From Candidatus Levybacteria bacterium RIFCSPHIGHO2_01_FULL_41_15 (GTDB lineage: Bacteria > Patescibacteriota > Microgenomatia > Levybacterales > UBA12049), in the NCBI GenBank assembly GCA_001782165.1, contig MFNV01000006.1:444-64443 (forward strand): a stretch of 64,000 nt of DNA, read 5' to 3'. Position 1 is the first letter of the stretch; each line of letters opens with the position of its first letter. The notes beneath the pieces are model-generated. The model had not been told where the DNA came from and searched no databases. It saw only the letters and a list, made by a program, of their open reading frames with translations. Of the stretch, positions 33,168 through 42,800 are shown piece by piece. The translations under genes and the position numbers were made by a program.

Positions 33168-33767
33168 TTGATTATGAGACTGCTTCTTCAATCCCTCCTT
33201 ATTCTCTTTTCGTTTGCTCTTGTCTTTGTATGGCAGGATTCCCCCCTTTCAGGCTACACGCTTCAGATCATAGGTTTTCTAATAGCTGTCTATATCATAA
33301 GTTCTCTTGCTAAGTCCCGCAAGGGAAAACAAATTTCTCTTGGGGGTCCCTTAGGGGTTTTTATTTTAAATACCATTATTCTTCTTTTTGTCTTTGCGAC
33401 AGGCGGTCTGTCTTCCTCCTTTTTCTTTCTTCTCTACTTTGTGGTTCTGGCACTCGTTTTTATATTTGAACCTTATGCTGTAATCCCCTTTGTTATGGGG
33501 ATCGTTCTTATTTTTCTTCCTTCTGCTATCAAGGACGATGTCGTCGCAAACTTTATTAAGCTTGGCTCTATAGTTTTGATTTCTCCCCTTGCATTTTTCT
33601 TTGGCAGAGAATATCAAAAAAGCGGCCAAGACGAAGAAGCTTTTGAAAAAATTGAAGAGGATGTAAAGGATGTTCTAAAAAGCGAGAAAGGGAAACTTGA
33701 AGAAGAAGATGTAAAAAAACTTGAAGACGTGATTGAAGAGGCTGAAGAGGCTGAAAAACCCCAATAA
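33168..33767 (+). CDS. Polytopic membrane protein with acidic C-terminal tail
   Basis: 4-5 predicted TM helices; EE/DD-rich C-terminus. Confidence 0.45.
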   Translation: MIMRLLLQSLLILFSFALVFVWQDSPLSGYTLQIIGFLIAVYIISSLAKSRKGKQISLGGPLGVFILNTIILLFVFATGGLSSSFFFLLYFVVLALVFIFEPYAVIPFVMGIVLIFLPSAIKDDVVANFIKLGSIVLISPLAFFFGREYQKSGQDEEAFEKIEEDVKDVLKSEKGKLEEEDVKKLEDVIEEAEEAEKPQ

Positions 33768-34482
33768 ATTTATGAAAAAAGCCCTGAATCTACTCTTTCT
33801 TGTTTTTTGTCTGACCTTTTATCTTCTAACTACCAAATTCACCCAAGCCCAAAATATATCAAATGATAATTATATAATACAAACCAATGAGATAGAACAG
33901 AGTATCTTCCCTCAGAATCCAATAGAAAATGATTCCGGACGTTTCGGTACTATCAAAAAAGACATGGGGGCCTTGCTCGGGTTTGATGATATCTTAGCTG
34001 CAAATTTCTTCATTTTCTCTATCCAAAACAACATAATTGACTACGGTGACATATCGCCTACCGATCCGGTGGTAAGAGAAAGTAATTTAACCTTAAGCTC
34101 TAGACCCGCTCATGGTTTTGTCATTTTTGCCTGGGAAAATCATCCGCTGGCTGACGCTCCTTTTGAAAATCTGGTGCCGGATGCAACTTGCGATAGCGGG
34201 GCGTGCTCAGAAAAGAATCCTGGAACATGGAGCAACAATTTAACTTACGGATTCGGATTCAGATGCGAAAATGAAGGTGTTTTATGCCTCAATTTCCCCA
34301 AGGATTCATTTAAGCAGTTTGCGGATGAGTCCAAGAATGAATACCCCCAAGCTATTCTTAAAGGTAAAGGGCAAGAACCAGATATCAAAATCAAAATTAT
34401 TTATAAGCTAAACTTTTCTTCTTCACAGCCTAAGCAAACCTATTTGAACAACGTTACATTTGTTGTTCTCCCCTCTTTATGA
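33733..34482 (+). CDS. Secreted hypothetical protein (signal peptide, 4 Cys)
   Basis: N-terminal hydrophobic LNLLFLVFCLTFYLL; CDSGACSEK...CENEGVLC. Confidence 0.4.
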   Translation: MKRLKRLKNPNKFMKKALNLLFLVFCLTFYLLTTKFTQAQNISNDNYIIQTNEIEQSIFPQNPIENDSGRFGTIKKDMGALLGFDDILAANFFIFSIQNNIIDYGDISPTDPVVRESNLTLSSRPAHGFVIFAWENHPLADAPFENLVPDATCDSGACSEKNPGTWSNNLTYGFGFRCENEGVLCLNFPKDSFKQFADESKNEYPQAILKGKGQEPDIKIKIIYKLNFSSSQPKQTYLNNVTFVVLPSL

Positions 34483-35405
34483 AAAAACTTATTTCAGTTT
34501 TATTTTTAATGTTTTTAATAAATTATTTAGTTCCCTCCAAAGCATTGGCGGAGGACATTTCTTTTGGCGTATACCCCCCGATTATTAAGATCAGGGCCAA
34601 ATCTTCTTCCAAAGTTTCGGCTGCGATAAAAATAAAAAATTTTTCCGGCAGAGAAATAAGTCTTCAAGTAGTTTTAAGACCCTTTGAGGATGCAAAAACT
34701 CAGGACGGACAATTCAAGTTCATTTTATACAAAGATTATACGAATGAACTTGCCAATTTTTTATCCAAAATAAGGATAGTAGAAAAAGATCAATCTGTAT
34801 CAGAATTGATCATAGGACCCGAACAGGAGAAGAATTTGAATCTCATAATTGACATCGGTAAACTCAGCGAACATCGGGATTACTATTTTTCAGCTGTATT
34901 CCTTACACACAATAATCACAGTTCCTCTAATAGCTTTACAAGAATAATACAGGGAGTAGGATCAAACATATTAGTATCAATGGGTGATGGGCAACAAAAT
35001 CTACAGATTGAAGATTTTACTGTTCCCTTCACCCAAACCAAAAAGACCCTTGACTTCAGCTTTATTTTGACCAATTCCTCCGATAGATTTTCAACCATAA
35101 AGCCATATATTTTGGTAAAAAATATCTTTGGCAAGCAAATAGAAAGAATTGACTTCAGCCAAACCAATATCCTTGCAAAATCCTCAAGAAATTTTACGGC
35201 TAAAGAAGCCGAATTCATAAATACAAAAGGTGGTGAGTTTTTACTCGGGCCCTATACTACAACCCTGATATTGAATAATGAGGAAAAAATACTCACGAAG
35301 AATGCCAACTTTGTTTCTCTTCCCTTAAAACATGTCTTAATCTTGACACTGATCTTAATATTTCTTATATTTACAACAGCGAGAATCAAAAGCAGGGTTT
35401 TTTGA
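34479..35405 (+). CDS. Secreted protein with C-terminal TM anchor (possibly DUF916-like cell-surface protein)
   Basis: Signal peptide, then FGVYPPIIKIRAKSSSKVSAAIKIKNF, then C-terminal LILTLILIFLIFTTARIKSRVF. Confidence 0.35.
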   Translation: MKKLISVLFLMFLINYLVPSKALAEDISFGVYPPIIKIRAKSSSKVSAAIKIKNFSGREISLQVVLRPFEDAKTQDGQFKFILYKDYTNELANFLSKIRIVEKDQSVSELIIGPEQEKNLNLIIDIGKLSEHRDYYFSAVFLTHNNHSSSNSFTRIIQGVGSNILVSMGDGQQNLQIEDFTVPFTQTKKTLDFSFILTNSSDRFSTIKPYILVKNIFGKQIERIDFSQTNILAKSSRNFTAKEAEFINTKGGEFLLGPYTTTLILNNEEKILTKNANFVSLPLKHVLILTLILIFLIFTTARIKSRVF

Positions 35406-35920
35406 TTAGGACTAAGACCAAGATAAAATCTTTAATAAAATCTTTTACTAATAAACTGACAACTAGATCAAACTCCCCGAAAATTCAATCCAAAAAAATA
35501 AATAAGCAACCATATCACTCAATTTATTAAATTGCCAAAAGATATCCTCTAGTTTTAAGGGTCTGGTAATTTCTAACTAAATAAAGACCAACAACGTTAC
35601 GTGAGTACGTTTCAAAAAGTAAATTTTACAAGGCTAAAAAATAAGTATATCAAAATAAGTCAAGAACAAATTCACACAATCTGATATTGTTTAATATAGA
35701 TTTATATAAAAGCTGAGGAGTTAAAAGACGAATTTTTATTGAATATTTTCTCCAATTAGGATTTTCACAAAATTTTCCATTTTTTGTACATACTATATGT
35801 CTTCCAAATTTAACAACAAAACATATAGAAATATATCGTTTCTTATTTACTCTAGGCTATTGACAAGCAATAATAAATTTATCTATTCTGTTTATGGAGA
35901 GCAAAAATAACCTTATAACT

Positions 35921-35928
35921 TGTATAAT
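35921..35928 (+). promoter_or_regulatory. Extended -10 TGTATAAT about 40 nt upstream of the giant gene
   Basis: cttgtataatccgtataat. Confidence 0.3.
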
Positions 35929-35969
35929 CCGTATAATTTCAAAGCTAGATTGAGTTTTTCACATAAATT

Positions 35970-38900
35970 ATGGACTTTCTGAGTTTATTCAAATCCTTCC
36001 TAATTGAATCGGGTAAAGTATCTAAGGTTACTCTAAAAAATTATCTTTCTGATATAAGATTTTTCATATTTTGGTATGAGAGGTTTTACTCTCAGCCATT
36101 CTCTCCAACATCCATAGATTACTCTGTTGTACAAGCTTTTAAAAATTATCACTTCGACAGGATCGCCTTCTCGTCTCTTGATCGCAAACTTTCTGCTTTA
36201 AGAAAATTCTTTAGTTTTCTCAAAGAGAAAGGATTCATTGCTTCTGTTCCTTTTCAGGAGAAATCGAAAGAAGCAGAAGATAAGTTTTCACTTAAAGAAT
36301 TTAAGAATTTTCTATTCAGGCAAAACATTTCATCAGTTTCTTCCAAGAATTATCTGATTGACATAACTCAATTCCTAAACTGGGCGGATCAAGTAATCAA
36401 ACCCAGCGAACATTGGATAGTTTCTCAAAGAGATCTTTATTCAAGGATAGATAATGAACTCGTCAATGAGTATAAGAGAAGATTAATCGATCAGGGATTT
36501 TCTCCCCTTTCTGTAAACAGAAAGCTTTCTTCAATAAGAAAGCTCATTTTCTGGGCAATTAAAGAAGGGAAAATCAAAAAAAATAGATTTGATTTCATAA
36601 AAGAAAAAGGGCTTTTCCCCCTCAGCACAAAAGGGTCTACGTTGACCATTCAAGGAGGTTTTGCAGATTTTCTGACCCCTAAGATAGAAGAAAAGGCTAT
36701 GACCTATTCAAAGATTCCCCCAATCAGGGTAGCTCAGAAAATATTAGTTCTTTTTTCCTCAATCTATGATGATCTAATCATAGATCCCATCGCAGAATTC
36801 ATTAGCTTTTTGAACTTACTTCTTTTTAGGTTTGATAGAAAATCCATTTTCAAGTCAGATATCAAGAAAATCCCGCGAATTCAAGATCCAATAAAAATTT
36901 CAAATGTTGGCAAAAACTTTTATGCTCCGCTAAATATTTCTACAAAAGGGATGTCTTGGATCCGAAAAATATCGTATTCCATTCGATTTATACGACCAAA
37001 GTGGTATTTAAGATATCATAACTATGCAGTTGTCCATTACATACACTTCTCCATCCTTGTCATATTCATGACTGTTTTGGGTTTTGGGATTTATCAAAAG
37101 TTTTTCCTGCCAACAACAAATGTCCTTGGAGAGTCAATATTTTCCCTTTCCAGAATTCTTACGGTAAAACAGAGACTTACAGATTCTTTAGGAAATCCCA
37201 TCACCGAGAAAACTCTCATAAGATTCGCTATCTATGGGGATCCAGAAGCCTCAGGCTCAGCAATGCTTTGGGAAGATGTCAAAACAGTAGAACCCGATGA
37301 AAACGGCTTTTTCCAAACAAGCCTGGGGGAAAAAACTCCTATTCCCTCGAGCATCTTTTTCACTTATCCCTCCCTCTGGCTTGGAACAAGCATAGGCCAA
37401 ACATCCGAACTTAGACCCCGACAGCAGCTGACAAATGTTTCCCTAGCAACAAGCGCCCAGACTCTGAAGGGTCTGGGAATTAACTCACCCCTAAATTATA
37501 AAAATGTAATCCTGTCTCTTGATTCTTCAGGCAACCTGTCTCTTGGGGGACCATCTCATATTTTCCAGGCAATAAACGGGCAATTTGTTCTATCCGGAAA
37601 TATACTAACTCTTTCGACAATTTCGGGAACAAATACAAATATTGAAATTGTGCCTGATGGTTTGGGAAAAGTTGACATCCAAAAACCCATTCAAAATACC
37701 TCAAACAATAACAACATCCCAACTGCAATCGGAAGCGTTGAAATAGACGATCTTGTAAGTATACTGGCCACCTCAAGTGGTCAATCGGCCCTTACTATCA
37801 ATCAAAACGACTTAGGACCCATTATTAGCGCCTCTGCAAGCGGGATTGCCAAATTTACCATAGACAGCTTCGGGAATATGACTCTGTCAGGAGACATAAG
37901 TCTTTCGGGAAATAATGTAAATGTTTTTGCCACATCCCCTCAGTCAACCTTATCTATCGGCTCGGAAGACGGAGGCAATCTTATTCTCCAGCCTGTTTCA
38001 ACCGGTGAAATCCAATTTTTCTCCCCCTTAAATTTTTTATCTTCCGAGGGTACGCTTAAGCTTTCAGGGAATTTGATACTCTCAGGAACATCTTCACCCT
38101 CCTCCTCCTTTAGACTCTATGTGGAGGATTCTCAACCAAGTACCGCGGCTGCCCAAATATTCAATACAAGCGCAGGCTCAAAGGCAAGCGGACTTTTAAT
38201 AAAACTTGGAAACACTTCCGGCACAACAAATACAGATAATAAGTGGGTTACCTTTGAGCAGAGCGGGATCGGGATTGTGGGGATGATAAAAGGAAACGGA
38301 GAAAAAGGCGTAACTTTTCAGGGAAACGGGGTTTCTGATTTTGCTGAATATCTTAAAAAGGATGAGAATGAAAACATTCCCTTTGGCTCTCTGGTCTGCA
38401 TTGATGAAAAAGGTATGGTTACAGGATGTTCGTATAATAATCGGAATATTGTAGGGGTGGCGTCTGAAAATCCAACTTTCTTAGGAGGAGAGAACCTTGG
38501 GAATAAATCGATCCCGGTGGGCCTTGTGGGACAAGTTCCTGTTTTTGTATCAAACATAAACGGAGACATAAAACCAGGAGATCCTCTCACTTCATCTTTT
38601 ATAAAAGGTCTGGCCGCAAAGGCAAAAGACGAAGGAAGAATAGTAGGAAGAGCCCTTGAGAGCTTTGACTCCCTAAACTGTATCAATGAATCTTCGAATT
38701 TCGGTCTTGTTGAGAAAAGGATCTGCAAAGGAAAAATCCAGACTCTCTTGAACGTTTCGCATTATGAACCTTCTCCCTTAGACCAAGCCCAAAAAATCAA
38801 GGAACTTGTTCTTCAGGAAGTAGACAACGGTATCTTTGAGATAAAAGATTCACTGGGAATAGCAGTTGAAGAGATTCAGGCTTTTAACAAAAGTATAATC

Positions 38901-40088
38901 GGCACACTTGAAGCCGGAATAATCAATGCACGAAGGATTTCAGTTGAAACCCTAAATCTAAACGCACTATTTATAGAAGGGGAAAGTCTAAAAGACTATA
39001 TTGCTCAGATTATTCAAAACCAGCCTCAGATAAAATCCCCCATTGCAGAAATTGATGAGATAAAGACAAATATAATAAGCCCCCTTTCGCAGGAAAAAGA
39101 CATAAAGATAAAAATCGGAGAAACATCAAATCTTGCAGTTGAAAATCTTAAAGGACAAACAGTTTTTAATGTAGATAGTGAAGGAAACGCAACTTTGGCA
39201 GGAGAACTTTCTACCTCCTCTTTAAAAACAAATGAAATACAATCTGATAATGCCACTGTTAGTGGGGTTCTTCATGCAAAAAAAATCGTAACAGATGAGA
39301 TAGAAAATCAGAGTGAGAACAACTCTGTCTTTGCGAATATAGCATCATTTTCCTCTCAGCTTGTCTATGTTCAAAATCTAAAAGCGCAGACGGCTAATTT
39401 TACGGATGGACTCATAGCCTTAGGGCCTTCCTCTCTGATTGATACTGCAATATCGGGTCAGCTTTCGATTAATTCAAATTTAATTTTGGCAGAAAATTCT
39501 ATAAATGTCCTTGGTTCTGATCTTGAGATCCAGTCTGTAAGACAAGGCGGAGTTTCTCTTATGGGAGGTTTTGTTTATATAGATACAGATGGAAACCTAA
39601 AAGTCGGGGGAAATGCAGAGTTTGCAAAAGACATAACTGTAAAAGGAATAATATTTGCAAATATTATATCCCCTATTCCTGACAGTGATTTGATAGTTGA
39701 CATAAACGCAGAAAATAAATCTTTTATAATTAAAAACAAAGACAATCCTGTTGTTTCCGTAACGGGAGATGGAAATCTGACGGCATCGGGAAGTGGCACA
39801 TTTGGCAAACTGAATCTTTCTCTGATAAAACCTGCTCTTGCAGTTTCAGAAACCGAAGCAGTAGCAACCGGAGCTGCAGGAGTAGCCACAATTAGCGCTT
39901 ATCAAAAAGAACTGACAATCAAAAACAGTCTTATTACAAAAGACTCTCTGATATATGTAACTCCAAGAACTGATACAAAAAATATTGTAATTTACCTTTT
40001 AAGACAAGTGCCTGGAATATCATTTACTGTGGGAGTGAATACTCCCTCAGGATACAATATTCCGTTTAACTTTCTTATAATAAATTAG
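35970..40088 (+). CDS. Giant (1372 aa) membrane-anchored protein: three tandem phage-integrase N-terminal SAM-like (core-binding) domains, TM helices, huge extracellular Gly/Ser/Thr-rich fibre-like repeat domain
   Basis: Repeats VTLKNYLSDIRFFIFWYE, SSKNYLIDITQFLNWADQ, SVNRKLSSIRKLIFWAIKEG; TM HYIHFSILVIFMTVLGFGIY; remainder paralogous to the extracellular domain of the 1..1850 gene. Confidence 0.65.
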   Translation: MDFLSLFKSFLIESGKVSKVTLKNYLSDIRFFIFWYERFYSQPFSPTSIDYSVVQAFKNYHFDRIAFSSLDRKLSALRKFFSFLKEKGFIASVPFQEKSKEAEDKFSLKEFKNFLFRQNISSVSSKNYLIDITQFLNWADQVIKPSEHWIVSQRDLYSRIDNELVNEYKRRLIDQGFSPLSVNRKLSSIRKLIFWAIKEGKIKKNRFDFIKEKGLFPLSTKGSTLTIQGGFADFLTPKIEEKAMTYSKIPPIRVAQKILVLFSSIYDDLIIDPIAEFISFLNLLLFRFDRKSIFKSDIKKIPRIQDPIKISNVGKNFYAPLNISTKGMSWIRKISYSIRFIRPKWYLRYHNYAVVHYIHFSILVIFMTVLGFGIYQKFFLPTTNVLGESIFSLSRILTVKQRLTDSLGNPITEKTLIRFAIYGDPEASGSAMLWEDVKTVEPDENGFFQTSLGEKTPIPSSIFFTYPSLWLGTSIGQTSELRPRQQLTNVSLATSAQTLKGLGINSPLNYKNVILSLDSSGNLSLGGPSHIFQAINGQFVLSGNILTLSTISGTNTNIEIVPDGLGKVDIQKPIQNTSNNNNIPTAIGSVEIDDLVSILATSSGQSALTINQNDLGPIISASASGIAKFTIDSFGNMTLSGDISLSGNNVNVFATSPQSTLSIGSEDGGNLILQPVSTGEIQFFSPLNFLSSEGTLKLSGNLILSGTSSPSSSFRLYVEDSQPSTAAAQIFNTSAGSKASGLLIKLGNTSGTTNTDNKWVTFEQSGIGIVGMIKGNGEKGVTFQGNGVSDFAEYLKKDENENIPFGSLVCIDEKGMVTGCSYNNRNIVGVASENPTFLGGENLGNKSIPVGLVGQVPVFVSNINGDIKPGDPLTSSFIKGLAAKAKDEGRIVGRALESFDSLNCINESSNFGLVEKRICKGKIQTLLNVSHYEPSPLDQAQKIKELVLQEVDNGIFEIKDSLGIAVEEIQAFNKSIIGTLEAGIINARRISVETLNLNALFIEGESLKDYIAQIIQNQPQIKSPIAEIDEIKTNIISPLSQEKDIKIKIGETSNLAVENLKGQTVFNVDSEGNATLAGELSTSSLKTNEIQSDNATVSGVLHAKKIVTDEIENQSENNSVFANIASFSSQLVYVQNLKAQTANFTDGLIALGPSSLIDTAISGQLSINSNLILAENSINVLGSDLEIQSVRQGGVSLMGGFVYIDTDGNLKVGGNAEFAKDITVKGIIFANIISPIPDSDLIVDINAENKSFIIKNKDNPVVSVTGDGNLTASGSGTFGKLNLSLIKPALAVSETEAVATGAAGVATISAYQKELTIKNSLITKDSLIYVTPRTDTKNIVIYLLRQVPGISFTVGVNTPSGYNIPFNFLIIN

Positions 40089-40091
40089 AAT

Positions 40092-42245
40092 TTGTTCTTG
40101 ACATTGTTCTTTCGTGCTGTTAGATTAAGAAATATGGAACAAGAAAAAGGTGAAATTGCTTCCTATCTTGAAAACGCCTCAATCTTTCTCCTCGGACTTC
40201 TTCTTCTTATCTTTCCTGTTTTTATGCTTACTTTTACCACCGATGCCTTTACTCTTCCAAAACAGATTCTTCTTGGTGTGGTAGCTTTCCTGGTTCTTCT
40301 TCTATTCGGAGTAAAATCAATAATAAGAGGGCAGGTAATAGTACGGAGAACTCCTTTTGACATACCTATTTTCATCTTTGCTGCTATTGTTCTTCTTTCT
40401 AGTCTTTTTGCAGTTAATAAGGCTGATTCACTTACGTCTTTTGTTACACTTTTTTTTGTTGTGCTTTCTTATTTTGCAATTGTTAACTCAACCAAAGAAA
40501 AAAATGCCGTATTTCTCCTTATTACCTCCCTTTTGACGGGTGCTTCGATCGCGGGAGTTCTTGAAACTCTGACATTTTTGAAGATTTTTGTCTTACCCTT
40601 CCCTTTTACAAAAGCTCAGACTTTTAACTCTTTCGGCTCTCTTGCCGATCAGACAATCTATTTTTTTATGCTTATTCCTTTTATTCTCTACTTGATTTTG
40701 CCGATGTTTCAGAAGAGAAAAAGAGGTTTGGAGCAAGAAGCGGTTAACTATGAAGATTCCTTAAAAGGCAAAAATAATACCCTTCCCTTTGCCCTCCTTG
40801 GGATAGTTGTTGCAGTGGGACTTCTTTTGACTTCCTACCTACTCTTTAAGACCCCTGCCCAAAACGGAGGACTTCTTGCTCTTCCTTATGAAACAGGGTT
40901 TCAGACGGGATTTGCAGCAATCTCACAGGACACAGGAAGAGTATTTCAGGGTTTTCTCCTAGGCTCTGGGTACGGCACCTATATAACAGATTTTACGCGT
41001 TTTAAGCAGCCTTCCTATAATCAAAATCAAAATTTATGGAATCTTACATTTTTCAGATCATCAAGTTTTCTCCTGGAATTATTGGCAACAACCGGAATTT
41101 TGGGATTTCTTTCTTTCATATACATTTTATCTCGGATCTTTAAAAACAGGACAGTTCTTTGGGGAATGTCCTTTGCAATACTTGCCGCAATTTTTCTCCC
41201 TTTTTCCTTCTCCTCAATTGCGCTTTTCTTTATACTTCTTGCTCTTCTTTCGGCTTTAAGAGGGGCATCATCAAAGGCACACAGCGAAGGATTCTTCGAT
41301 GTTGAAATACAACTAGTCACTCTTAAGAAAGGTCTTATTGCCTTTGATCCAACTCCCGGCAAAGCCAGAAATTCTATTCTTCCTGTAATTTTGGTGGCAA
41401 TTTTGGCGGTATTAACAGGATTAATAGGATATTTTGGGGGAAGATATGTAATTTCAGATTTTCATTTTCAGGCTTCGCTTGTTGCTGCCTCACAAAACAA
41501 GGGTCTTGAAACTTACCAAAGACAGGGAAAAGCGATCGGGATTTTCCCTTACAGAGACGCGTATTATAGAATCTTTTCTCAGACCAATCTTGCTCTTGCC
41601 AACTCTCTTGCGTCTACCCAGCCTGCGGGGACAACTCCAAGCGCTCAAATCCAGCAAACAATATCTACGCTAATCCAGCAGTCAATAAACGCCGGGCGAA
41701 CAGCTGTTACATATTCCCCGCAAACTATGCTTAATTGGCAGAATCTTGCTTCTATTTACCGAAGTTTGATTGGTTTTGGGCAGAACGCCGATCAGTTCGC
41801 CATATTGGCGAATCAACAGGCAATAACTCTTGATTCCAACAATCCTCAAGAATATATCAATCTTGGAGGAATTTATTATCAGCTGGGTCAATGGGATAAT
41901 GCAATAAGGCAATTTCAGATTGCCGCAGCACTTAAACCTGACCTTGCAAACGCCTATTACAATCTTGGCCATGCTCTCCAGGAAAAAGGAAGCCTAAATG
42001 AAGCAATGACACAGTACCAGACTGTCCAAGGATTAGTAGCGCAGGACAAAACAAATCTGGATAAAATAAATAAGGAGATCGAAGATCTTGGGAAGATAAT
42101 TGAATCGGGGGGAACTGCAGGTGGTCCAAACCCAGCCACTGCGGGACCTTTGACAGTTTCAACTCCGGAAGCCCAGCTTCCGCCGCAAAATCCTCCTGTG
42201 AAAATCCCTCCCCCAACAGAGGAAGCAACCAAATCCTCAAGATAA
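40092..42245 (+). CDS. Polytopic membrane protein, O-antigen ligase/polymerase-like, with C-terminal TPR repeats and a Pro-rich tail
   Basis: About 12 TM helices; TPR AYYNLGHALQEKGSLNEAMTQYQ; PPQNPPVKIPPPTEE tail. Confidence 0.5.
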   Translation: MFLTLFFRAVRLRNMEQEKGEIASYLENASIFLLGLLLLIFPVFMLTFTTDAFTLPKQILLGVVAFLVLLLFGVKSIIRGQVIVRRTPFDIPIFIFAAIVLLSSLFAVNKADSLTSFVTLFFVVLSYFAIVNSTKEKNAVFLLITSLLTGASIAGVLETLTFLKIFVLPFPFTKAQTFNSFGSLADQTIYFFMLIPFILYLILPMFQKRKRGLEQEAVNYEDSLKGKNNTLPFALLGIVVAVGLLLTSYLLFKTPAQNGGLLALPYETGFQTGFAAISQDTGRVFQGFLLGSGYGTYITDFTRFKQPSYNQNQNLWNLTFFRSSSFLLELLATTGILGFLSFIYILSRIFKNRTVLWGMSFAILAAIFLPFSFSSIALFFILLALLSALRGASSKAHSEGFFDVEIQLVTLKKGLIAFDPTPGKARNSILPVILVAILAVLTGLIGYFGGRYVISDFHFQASLVAASQNKGLETYQRQGKAIGIFPYRDAYYRIFSQTNLALANSLASTQPAGTTPSAQIQQTISTLIQQSINAGRTAVTYSPQTMLNWQNLASIYRSLIGFGQNADQFAILANQQAITLDSNNPQEYINLGGIYYQLGQWDNAIRQFQIAAALKPDLANAYYNLGHALQEKGSLNEAMTQYQTVQGLVAQDKTNLDKINKEIEDLGKIIESGGTAGGPNPATAGPLTVSTPEAQLPPQNPPVKIPPPTEEATKSSR

Positions 42246-42288
42246 TCTATTTAAATAGAAACTCTTGTGTGTTAAAATTAAACTCCAA

Positions 42289-42359
42289 GGGCTGTTAGTA
42301 TAGTGGTAATACACCGCATTCGCATTGCGGAGATGGGAGTTCGATTCTCCCACAGTCCA
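42289..42359 (+). tRNA. tRNA-Ala (anticodon CGC), G3-U70 present, CCA not encoded
   Basis: Acceptor GGGCTGT/ACAGTCC, anticodon stem CCGCA/TGCGG loop TTCGCAT, T GGGAG-TTCGATT-CTCCC. Confidence 0.75.
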
Positions 42360-42452
42360 CTACACTTCGCTCTTTGAGCTTCGCGTAGCACAGCCCTAAG
42401 AAGCGAAAAGGAAGAACTGTATCCCGCGAAGTTTTAACGAAGTGGGAAATAT

Positions 42453-42689
42453 ATGTTTTATGTTTACATTTTAAAATTAAAAAATGGTCAATTTTACACA
42501 GGATTTACGAAAGATCTAGAAATACGAATTAAAAGACATAACTAGAAGGCAGTTAGGACAACTGCAAGGCTTAAATCAAAAGAATTAATCTTTTATGCGG
42601 CTTTTAAAAATAAGAGAAATGCTCTAAATTTTGAAGAATACTTAAAGAATTCATCAGGATTTGCATTTAGAAATAAACGTCTAATTTAA
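42453..42689 (+). pseudogene. GIY-YIG nuclease family small protein (UPF0213-like) interrupted by an in-frame TAG at codon 31
   Basis: MFYVYILKLKNGQFYTGFTKDLEIRIKRHN*KAVRTTARLKSKELIFYAAFKNKRNALNFEEYLKNSSGFAFRNKRLI. Confidence 0.55.
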
Positions 42690-42693
42690 TCTT

Positions 42694-42769
42694 GGGCCTG
42701 TAGCGTAACGGTTATCGCGCTTCCATGGCATGGAAGAGATTAGGGGTTCGATTCCCCTCAGGTCCACCA
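42694..42769 (+). tRNA. tRNA-Ala (anticodon GGC), G3-U70, CCA encoded
   Basis: Acceptor GGGCCTG/CAGGTCC, anticodon stem CTTCC/GGAAG loop ATGGCAT, T GGGGT-TCGATTC-CCCT. Confidence 0.8.
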
Positions 42770-42800
42770 GGTCGGATTTGGTCCACTACTAATCCTATAG

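Noticed and set aside
42352-42400. att-site-like repeat of the tRNA-Ala(CGC) 3' end (cacagtcc / cacagccc) suggesting integrase-mediated insertion
   Set aside because: Only 8 bp with a mismatch and no integrase gene nearby; too short to call.
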